Below are positions 11,401-20,000 of a stretch of 20,000 nucleotides of DNA, one piece after another. The notes beneath the pieces were generated by a model that made no database searches, had not been told where the DNA came from, and saw nothing but the letters and a program-made list of their open reading frames with translations. Location: positions 60,853 through 80,852 of the forward strand of contig MU058001.1 of NCBI GenBank assembly GCA_013265495.1, given 5' to 3'. A program made the translations under genes and the position numbers. Every line of letters begins with the position of its first letter. Position 1 is the first letter of the stretch. Origin of the DNA: Vicugna vicugna (Eukaryota).

Positions 11401-13153
11401 TGTAGTTTCTACTTTTTCATTTCTTATATTGTTTGTGTTCTCTCTCTTTTCTTGTTGGTGAGTCTGTCCAGAGATTTGTCAATTTTGTTTACTATTTCAA
11501 AAAAAGTTTGATTGATTTTTCTATTTTTTAATCTCTATTTCAATTATTTCTTCGTTGATCTTTATTTTTTCTTTCTTTCTTTTGACTTTTGATTTTGTTT
11601 GTTCTTCTTTTCCTGATTTGTTTACATAGAACGTTTGATTATATATTTGAAATTGTTCTTCTAATTTGAGGATGGCCTTGTCACTATGAACTTCACTCTT
11701 AAGCCTGCTTTAACAGTATTCCATAGACTTTGTGTAGTGTATGTCATATTTCTCAAGATATTTTTTAATTTCTTCTTTTACTTCAGCACCTGACCCCCTT
11801 GTTTAAGTACCATGTTTTTTCATCTGGATGCTGTTATTTTTTCTCCCTGCTTTTCTGTGATTGTTTTCTAGTTTCATGGTATTATACTCAGAAAAGATGC
11901 TTAAATTAATTTTTATCTAATTAAATTTTTTGAGGCTTCTTGAGTGCCTGAGTATGTAATCTTTCATAGAAAATATTCCTTGTGAACAGGAAAAAAAGCA
12001 CAGGAAAAAAATGTATATTCAGTTTTGGGGAGATGAACTGGTTTGAAAATATCAAGCATCTTCAAATATTTTATTATGTATTTTAGTCTCTTTGTTCCCT
12101 TACTAATTTTCTGTGTGAGAGACCAGTCCAGTGATGATAATGGGGAGTTATAATCTCCTACATTGATTCTGTTCCCAGAGATTTCTCTATTTTATTTATT
12201 AGTGTTTCTTTTATGTATTTAGGTGCTCCTATACTGAGTGCATATATCTTAATGAGTATAATATCCCCATTTTAATTTGCTCCTTTAATCATTATATCAT
12301 GTCCTTTTTTATCTTTCTCTATGGCCTTTTTTGTAAAGTCTCATTGTGTGAAGTCAGTACTGCTTGTCCTGTTTCTTGTCATGTGCATTTTCATGGAATA
12401 TATTTTTCCACCTTCTGACTTTCAATTGATGTGTGTTCCTCTTACTATAGTGGGTCTCCTCTATGCTTCATAATGTAGGGTCTTGTTATATTATCCCTTC
12501 TGACAATAAATATCTTTTGATTGAAGCACTAAGTCCATTAACATTTGTGATAATTATTGATAGAAATGTTTATTTCCATACTGAAATTCATTCTCTAGTT
12601 GATTTGGTATTTTCTTTTTGTTCATTTTTTTTTGTGGCTTGATAAGTTTTCTTTTATAATCTTGGGTTCTTTTTGGCTTTGTGACTTCATTGTATGCTTT
12701 TGACTTATGGTTATCTTGTTTTGTATGCATATTGACCCGTAATATATTTGTTTAATTTAACTGATAAGAATACAAATTCAAACCCATACAACAGAAAACA
12801 GAAACAAGAAAACACTCTTTATTTTCCTGTTTCATTCTGTGACCCTTAAAAATTTTGATCTCTTCTTTTACAACATAATATTTGTTCTGTTGTAAGTCAT
12901 TATAGATATTACCTTTATAATTATGACTTCCTCTTTTCTATAGCATCCTGCTTCTTTTTTATTTAGAGTAGATCTTTCTTATTTCTTTTTCTCTTGCTAA
13001 ATTCTTTAAGTATTTGCTTGTGTGGAAGTTATTTATCTCTCCTTCTTCTAAAAGATAGCCTTGCTTGATAAAGTATCTTAGATTACAGCTTTCTTTCATT
13101 CAGGACTTTGAATCTTTCTTGCCACTGCCTTCTGCCTGCTGTGTTTGTGTAGG
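8380..13153 (-). mobile_element. LINE-1 (copy 5): ~4.8 kb, 5'-truncated within ORF1; ORF1 C-terminus, spacer, disrupted ORF2, 3' UTR and tail
   Basis: On the minus strand: decayed ORF1 C-terminus (QAR.QWQ..FKVLNE.KL..KILY.ARLSF) ~13150-13020; ORF2 start ATG ~12579 followed by ..NVNGLSASIKR; EKLEPFPQKPETRQGSPFS (ORF 10543-10737); YRNRHMDQWNR (ORF 9719-9937); 3' UTR ~8480-8830. Confidence 0.96.
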
Positions 13154-13199
13154 AAACGAGGTTACAAATAATATGTATATAATAATATATATATGTAAA

Positions 13200-13755
13200 G
13201 AACACATATAAATGAAGTTAACAAATATGGTGAAAACCTATACGTTAAAAATCAGAAAACATTGATAAAGGAACTTAAAACAGATCCAAAGGAATGAAAT
13301 GATCTCTTATGTTAATGATGTGAAACAATGTGTTTGAAACAACCATGCTACCCAAAGGAATCTACATTTTGTGTGATTCATGTGAAAATACCAATGAGAT
13401 TTTTCCAATAAATTGAACAAATAATTTTAAAATTTATATGTAACCACAAAGATCTTGAGTTGCCAAAATAATCCTGAAAAAGGGTATTAAATCTAATGGT
13501 GTAAAATTCTCTGATGTTAAACAGTCCTACAAAACTTTAGTAATTAAAACAAAATGATACTGGCTCAAAAACAGACACCAATCAATAGAAGAGAATCGAG
13601 CAACCAGATATAATCCCTCACACCTATGATCAATTAACCCATGAAAAAGGAAGCAAGAGTATAAAATTAAGAAATGACATTCTCCTCAATAATTACTGAT
13701 GGGGAGATTGAACATGTAAAAGATTGATTAGAATATTTCCTCACATTGTATACAA
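13200..13755 (+). mobile_element. LINE-1 (fragment 6): ORF2 post-RT fragment
   Basis: aaaacattgataaaggaacttaaa 13256, ctacccaaaggaatctaca 13348, gtaattaaaacaaaatgatactggctcaaaaacagacac 13540-13578 (VIKT.WYW.KNRH-like). Confidence 0.88.
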
Positions 13756-14520
13756 TCCATGAGCACACAATATCTTTCTATTTATTTTGTTTACTTATAT
13801 TTCTTGCACCTGTAATATATAGATCTTTGTTTAGAACTTTTATTTCACTTATCAAATTTATTCCTATTTTATTCTTTTTGGTATTAATTTACACACAATA
13901 GTTTTCCTAATTTCTATTTCTGATAATGTTTTGTTACTATACAAATATGCAACGAATATTTGTATATTGATTTTGTATTCTGCAAGTTTACTAAGTTTGT
14001 TCATTATTTCTAACAGTCACTGGAGGAGTCTACGGAGTTTTCTATGTATGCATAATTATGTCATCTGTAAAAACTTCACTCTTTTATTACAAGTTGAGTT
14101 AATTTTATATTTTTTCTTGACTAGTAAGTCTTCCGAGGACTTCTAGTAGTGTAATTTAGGATTTGTGAAAATGAGCTACTTTTTCTTATTACTGGACCAG
14201 AGGAAAAGATTCCTGTATGTTAACATTGAATTTGATTTAAGCCATGTGTATTTCATGTATGGCTTTTATTATGCTTAGTTACATTCTATCTAAATCAAAT
14301 TAAATAATATTTTTATAAAAATTTAAAGATCAGATCTGTCAATAATTTTCCTATATATTTGGTGATTGTTATATTTGAATTCTTTTTTTTTTAAAAGGAT
14401 AGTATCACATATGTAAATTCGTGTATATTAAATAATATTTATGGATCTGGTCAAAATCCAACTTAATTATAGTTTATAATACTTATTATATGCCATGTAT
14501 TCAGGTTGCTAATATTTATA
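13752..14520 (-). mobile_element. LINE-1 (fragment 7): old antisense RT-region fragment
   Basis: caatccatgagcac 13753, tatattgattttgtattctgcaagtttactaagtttg 13963-13999 (antisense of KLSKLAEYKINI, matching FSKVAGYKIN), attatgtcatctgtaaa 14054 (antisense of F[T]DDII), attcaggttgctaatattt ~14500. Confidence 0.85.
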
Positions 14521-14851
14521 TAGAATGGGATTTACAGACACTGAATGAAAAATTTACATTGTAGCTTTAGGGTACATTTATTTATTTAAATATTTTATCT
14601 CTCATTTTGAACTGGGCTTATGTTTAATGGAATTTATTTCTAAATAAAGAATATAACTTTTGGTAGAACTGGATTTACTACAGTTTTTTGATACAGAACA
14701 TAGCTATTATTCACAATTAGTGCAAAAGACACTCGCCTTAAAATGCCATAAAATAATATAAATGCCAACTGTTTCAGGACTGAGAAACATATTGCTTCCT
14801 AAAATGAATTACCTGGTCTTTTACACCCCAACCGACACATAGGATTATATC

Positions 14852-14920
14852 TTTGTTTTTTGATTGTTTGTTTGCCCCTTAATGGAGGCAATGCTTATTG
14901 AACCCAGGATCTTGTGCATA
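14852..14920 (-). mobile_element. 5'-truncated tRNA-derived SINE, resembling camelid Vic-1
   Basis: The reverse complement reads atgcacaagatcctgggttcaataagcattgcctccattaaggggcaaacaaacaatcaaaaaacaaa: a B-box (GGTTCAAT), then cctccattaa, then an A-rich tail. This matches my recollection of the Vic-1 3' half (ATGCACGAGGTCCTGGGTTCAATCCCCAGTACCTCCATTAA). Confidence 0.65.
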
Positions 14921-15700
14921 AGTTTATTTATCAACATCATTTTGGAACAATTAACAGAAGCCACAAGAGTATGGATTATAAAGAAGACAAGAAAATTTAT
15001 TACTTCTAGGGACTGATAAACCTCAGAGTGACAGAATGGCAAAAATAAACATTTGTAAATTTACAATAAGATTCTCTCTTTTGAAATAATATTGTAGAAT
15101 ATTAAATTACTTTTGCTTCAATTAAACCATTGAATTACAATTTAAAACAAAAGTTCCCCCTTTGGGATTTCTTAAATTAGATTGATTATTTTAATATTTT
15201 ATTTCATAAATATTAACCATTTTTATATACATACCATATAAACACATATTTATTCTTCTGATGTTTTGAATATAGAGGTACATATTCTAAAGTACACAGA
15301 TAAATACCTGCTTCCAATACCAAATCAAATTATGTTTCACTTTAATTACAAATGATATTGAAATCGTTATACATTTTCTGTACATGTTTTAGGCAAATTT
15401 CAGTTAAAATTTCTAAATTTAAAATTATTTTATATATTTTCTGCATTATTTATACACTGTTCACTAATCTGTTATAAATTTGTGTACAAAAGGAAGGAGA
15501 TTGGTTTTATTTAATAAACCCCAAAATTAAATTTTATAAAAAGATTTTTTTGAGATAATATTTGCAGATTACTCTATAAAAATAAGCGTCTTATATGTTT
15601 CATTTTAACTGGATGAGTGAGAAGTAAACACTGGCTGAATGTTACACTTGAGTTGCTAGGAGACCAGTCATTTTGTGATATCACAACTACTCAGGTTGAG

Positions 15701-15815
15701 AACCACTCTGATGGCCTAACAGTTTGTCTGTGTAGGCCTGCCGAAGCAGCATTTGAAGCTGCAGTGTTCAAAATCATTCAGATTAGAAAAGTACCTGTAG
15801 AAAAAGTTATATGAA
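15701..15815 (+). promoter_or_regulatory. Putative HSFY 5' UTR/transcription start region
   Basis: aaccactctgatggcct...taggcctgccgaagcagcatttgaagctgcagt lies immediately upstream of the HSFY ATG and resembles the human HSFY mRNA leader as I recall it. The start site is not proven. Confidence 0.5.
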
Positions 15816-17471
15816 ATGGCACATGTTTCTTCAGAAATTCAAGACGTGTCTCATAAAGATGGACCAACTGGTTAAGGAAACTCCGGTAGATTTTTATTGT
15901 GTTATCAAACATTCTCTGGGGATTTGGACTTGAGGTCTATGATTGAAAAAAATGCTTTTTAGACTTTGTCTGAAGAATCCTTGATTAAAAGGCCATGTTA
16001 CATACATTGTGTCTCTGAACCAGATGAAGATAATGATTTTTGTTCTCTGACATTTCCAAGAAAACCCTGGAAAATGGCTGGAAGTGACCAATATAAACCC
16101 ATCTGGAGGGATGATAATGGAACTTCCATAGTGATTGATGATGTCTTTAAGAAGGAAGTTTTGGAAAGAAAGGCCTCTTTCAGAATATTTGAAACTGTAA
16201 GTATGAAAAGTTTACTTAGACAGCTTAACCTTTATGGGTTTAGTAAAGTGTGGCAGAATTTATAAAGATCGGTATTTCTAGCAGACTTTCTGGCAGAAGA
16301 AAAAGAAGTCTCTGTTTTAAGCAAGGTATTCAGTAACTTTAGTTACCACTTCGTAACTTATATATAAAATTTTATTTTGTACATCAATCTATGGTAATAT
16401 AAATGTAAAGCTAGATTTTGAAAATTGTATAAAACTACTAAGGCTAAAATCCTTTATTTATTCTAAAAAATGAGGACAGTGACTTAAGCATTCACATTAT
16501 AAGAAACTTTGCTTGCAACTATGAATTTTATCAGAAATCTAAATAAAGGTATTAAAGATGCTTTTCAAAAGTGGCATTCACCATTACTGCAAAAGCTTGT
16601 TTCTTAAATTTGATGACTATACTATTTAAATGTGTATTTTCCAAATAAGGAACTTCAATATATTGTCAGCAATGTTCATATTTTGATGATATTATCTTTG
16701 CATAGTAAATGTGAAATCAGATTTTATAGGTTAGGCTTATTATACTGATGTATTTTGGTATAAATTATTACTGAAATCTTTCAACTTTGGTTGTAGCTGC
16801 AGTTCTATCATAATCCAAATGTTAAAAGAGGCTGTCCCCAGGTTTTAGAATAAAAAGAAGAGTTGTGATTAAAAATGCCTCTCTGATATCTTCATTGGCT
16901 GAAGATTTCAACAATAAACACTATAAAGCAGTGGGTAATGTGGATAAACATAATTCTGATTTTGTGGGTGACACTAGTGGAGACAGTAAATTTTTACCTT
17001 CTGTAAATTTAAACATGCCTCTAATAAGAAAGCCCTCTACCAGCCACATAATTGGTGACACAACTACCCCGATCAGAGGTGATTTTTCTCCTCCATCATC
17101 AACCAGAACAAATTGCAGTGAATCAATGTGCTATTTTAAATCAGTTGATCACTGTCCACGGGCACTCTCAAAGCAGCTACATTGAAGCAAATAGCCGTGT
17201 TGTGAACTTCATTACAACTACAACTACTACTTCTCAGTACAGCATCTTTTATCCCATACAGAGGAATTATTTTGGACAGATGATGGAACCTTCTATTTTT
17301 CCAAATAGATATCACAATATATCTGCCAATGAAGGTCGTTTTTCTAAACTTCAACCAGGGAGCAACTCACGGTTTCCAGTGCCATTGATTGCTGATACAT
17401 CAACAAACTCTCTTTCAAGGCCAACTCATCAGACATCTTCAGTTTATGAACGTCATCCTAGTCACAACTGA
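15816..17471 (+). pseudogene. HSFY: HSFY (heat shock transcription factor, Y-linked) unprocessed pseudogene; exon 1 15816-16325, intron 16326-16796, exon 2 16797-17471
   Basis: Translation MAHVSSEIQDVSHKDGPTG*...GDLDLRSMIEKNAF*...CVSEPDEDNDFCSLTFPRKPWK...MKSLLRQLNLYGFSKV...EEKEVSVLSK | LQFYHNPNVKRGCPQ...KNAS...NLNMPL...EQIAVNQCAILNQL...VVNFITTTTTTSQY...YERHPSHN* is collinear with human HSFY (MAHVSSETQDVSPKD...FPRKLWK...RQLNLYGFSK...SVLSK LKFYYNPNFKRG...YHPNYN). Stops: TAA 15873-15875, TAG 15960-15962, TAA 16263-16265. Frameshifts at ~16847 and ~17102. Confidence 0.96.
16326..16796 (+). other. HSFY intron (471 bp, phase 0, GT-AG)
   Basis: Donor AAG|GTATTC at 16325/16326 and acceptor tctttcaactttggttgtag|CTG at 16796/16797. 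Exon 1 is exactly 170 codons and protein homology continues seamlessly across the junction. Confidence 0.92.
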
Positions 17472-17555
17472 TCTACCAAAGGACTATCAGATTATTAAGG
17501 ATAACAAAGATTAAAATTGATGTTGGACAAATATCTGCAATTTTATTATTTGAAC

Positions 17556-17561
17556 AATAAA
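17556..17561 (+). terminator. Putative HSFY polyadenylation signal AATAAA (alternative ATTAAA at 17510-17515)
   Basis: Canonical hexamer about 85 bp after the stop codon, followed by T-rich sequence at ~17580-17596. Confidence 0.6.
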
Positions 17562-18074
17562 CATAGATGTATACCTCTAATTATCTTATTTTTTTAAATA
17601 GTGTTAAGAGATAAAAGGGAGACTAAGCTACAATTTAAAGATAAAAAGAGATACTTGATTGATATGATCATTTAATGGAACAATATAGTAGTTAATTTAA
17701 AAAATTTCTTGTAAGGAAGAAGAGAAAATGGAAGAATTTGGAGGAAGACTATAACATGGAGAGAGGGAAAAGTACTAAGTGGCTTCTGGTTCATCCTAGA
17801 AAGTATTAAAAGTGTTAAGTTAGGATTGGGTGGAAGGAGATAAATTCAGAAACCAGCCCAGTGATCACAGTGATCATCTATTATGTCATCCCTGGAATCA
17901 TTAATGTCACATGATGTAGTCTCAGTTGGCACATTCAGCATGTGGTTGAATTTAAGATGAAATTTTATCTATTGTCTTCTTTGTTCTGTTCTCAAAGCAT
18001 TCCAATTGTTGCTTTCATTTCCTGCCCTCAAGAGTCTACAGTATATTTTCAGTCGATACTTTATTTTGTTTTTA

Positions 18075-18460
18075 TGTTCCATCCAAAGACAAGCTTACGT
18101 CCTCAGGGTGGCTCTTAATGCCTTTCCAACTCCACACACGAACTGAACTTAGTTTAGTCATTCCTTTATAAATCTGGCATCTGACTACCTTGGATTATCT
18201 TTATGTTTCATTGTATCTGGAGATACATCCAGGCAAACGCTTGTCAAGTATGTTAGCTGCAACCTCACCACTTTTGCTCCAGCTCATCCTTGGACTTTGG
18301 ATGTCCTCCTTTTACCTACTTAGACTTTCCCAGACTCAGTACAGAAACTACCTTCTTCAGAAGATTTCTGTCTATCCCCCTTTCCTTGTCTAACTGGGAT
18401 ACCAGCACAGTAAGCACAGCATTTGCCACAGGATGCATTTTAGTATTTAGTGAATGAAAA
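18075..18460 (+). mobile_element. Ancient LINE-2 3'-end remnant
   Basis: cctacttagactttcccagactcagtacagaaactaccttcttcagaagatt (18315-18366) resembles the L2 motif ctactcatccttcaagactcagctcaaatgtcacctcctccaggaagcctt. agcacagcatttgccacaggatgcattttagtatttagtgaatgaa (18413-18458) resembles the L2 terminus agcacagtgcctggcacatagtaggcactcaataaatatttgttgaatgaa. Confidence 0.6.
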
Positions 18461-19752
18461 ATACATGTTGACTTTAAGCAAAATCTACTTTCCTGAAACA
18501 ACAAATCTCTCATGGTTTCCACAATATTTCGCTATGGTCTTTACTCTTCACCACAAACTAGCTCTTTCCATAGACCATGGACTAGTCACTCAAAAGAGTA
18601 AGTGGAGGTAGCTACAGGAAACAAAGTATTATTTTCTTCTTAATTCATGCCTCCTGAGGCCTAAAGCATTCCATTCCCATTTGCTGGATTTTTTCCTGAC
18701 TCTTCATCACCCACCCACCCCAAAATAGCTGATTCTCTTCATCATTTTAATAACTATGTTGATTTCTAATTAATTTACTTCTTAGAATCAGAGCTTTGCC
18801 CAGAAGAGACAGTGCTAATGTAAAGTTTTAATGTAGGTTTATGCACCCCACATAACTTGTGCCCCTTCTAACCTTCACACAGGAAGTATCAAATAGGTAC
18901 TAGAACCTTGGTTGAGGTGGTCATATTCAGTAACCAAATTGCAACCTAAAATGTGTGGACTAGAAGGAGGTGAGGGTGGTGGATTTAAAAATTTGTCCAA
19001 CTGCATGAGTACCAATTTTCTGCAGATACTAGGAAATATAAACTATTCATGGAAGAATTTGTCTATTTCCTATTAATTTAAAATAAAAGGTGAAGGATTT
19101 ATAGAATGTGAAATGCCCTGAAATGCTGGAAAAATTGTAGGCAATGTCAGGGTGTCTAAGTCTTCTGCTCATAATCATGCAGCCAGTGTCAACTGATAAG
19201 ACTGGAATGGCAATATTGAGTCCTGAAAATATATCACCATTTGTGAAGAAAGCCTTTGATAATCTGGAGAAAAGGCAAATGGCCAGAGTAACCTCTAGCA
19301 ACATCCCACCAATATGACCTTTTCCAGGAGAAGAAAAGAGACCACTTGCAGCAGAAGATCTGTGTCTGTACAGCAGTGGTTTTTCCTACAACAGAATCAT
19401 CAAGCTTTTAAATTTGTCAGCACATCTCTGACTGTGGCTATGTTGATGCTTACATTAGACGGCTGGGGTTCAGATGGACTGGTTCAGCAGCTATTTTCCA
19501 CCTCTCTTATCAGACAGTGGGTCTTACAATGATCATCTTAACAAGGTTCTATACTGATAAGTCAAAAGCTACAGTTTACTTTTAAAATTAGATCCTAAAG
19601 AAGAATATTGTTGTTTTCTCCATCTATAGTTTTCTACCTTGGAAAAGCTAGACTATTGGCAAAAGTAGAAATGTTGTCTGGTCTTTGAAATCTATCCTCT
19701 GAGCTTTGCCCACAGAATACTTACCACTAAATACTACAAATCTGTCTGCCAC

Positions 19753-19766
19753 TGTGTGTGTGTGTG
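19753..19766 (+). repeat. Short (TG)7 microsatellite
   Basis: tgtgtgtgtgtgtg. Confidence 0.8.
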
Positions 19767-19907
19767 AAGATGGATTGTTAAGCAGTAACTAAGTTTGTCT
19801 TAGTTAGGTCATCAGTAAATTATTATTCTGCAGCTTGCAGAATTTCTGTGAAGTAATAGTTTCATTGAGCCACCAGATTTTCTTCTGATCAGTGAGAGGT
19901 AGATGAT

Positions 19908-19975
19908 AATTCACTCAATATACTAATTGTCACCTGTTTATTGAATCCCGAGCTAATGCTAGGGCCAAGCCACTG
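19908..19975 (-). mobile_element. Possible antisense L2 3'-end remnant
   Basis: attcactcaatatactaattgtcacctg...atgctaggg weakly resembles the antisense L2 end attcattcaacaaatatttattgagcacctac...gtgctagg. Confidence 0.35.
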
Positions 19976-20000
19976 AACCCTTCAATGGGACTGAGGCAAA

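Noticed and set aside
11986..12012. acaggaaaaaaa repeated with 14-bp period in L1 copy 5
   Set aside because: A trivial slippage duplication beside an A-run.
1..13153. Large inverted repeat or Y palindrome arms formed by + and - strand L1s
   Set aside because: The copies have different 3' UTRs and are visibly divergent. Palindrome arms would be near-identical.
291..14146. About 30 short ORFs in the ORF track as candidate novel genes
   Set aside because: They lie within decayed L1 or LTR sequence. They are either ORF2 fragments or the Phe/Leu-rich antisense frames typical of A-rich L1.
13200..14520. Twin-priming 5' inversion of a single L1
   Set aside because: The fragments meet tail-to-tail and overlap in ORF2 coordinates, and no poly(A) or TSD is visible. 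This does not fit twin-priming geometry.
15966..17471. ORFs 15966-16265, 16865-17185 and 17052-17471 as separate genes
   Set aside because: They are consecutive pieces of one HSFY CDS broken by stops and frameshifts.
15816..17471. HSFX, HSF5 or a processed retrocopy
   Set aside because: The N-terminus MAHVSSE and C-terminus HPSHN match HSFY along the full length, and the intron is retained.

Overview
AT-rich, CpG-poor mammalian genomic DNA, most likely from a Y chromosome. The lineage is probably camelid, inferred from the L1 3' ends and a Vic-1-like SINE fragment. Positions ~1-14500 are almost all decayed LINE-1: at least seven fragments in both orientations, none intact, plus a 447-bp solo ERV LTR with a 4-bp target-site duplication. 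The only recognisable gene is a two-exon, intron-retaining HSFY pseudogene (15816-17471, + strand) with 3 nonsense codons and 2 frameshifts. The last 2.5 kb is mostly unique sequence with old L2 remnants and one unexplained coding-like patch (~19050-19430). Most entries in the ORF track are L1 debris or HSFY fragments. I found no convincing novel biological system. All family assignments are from recall of reference sequences, not database searches.
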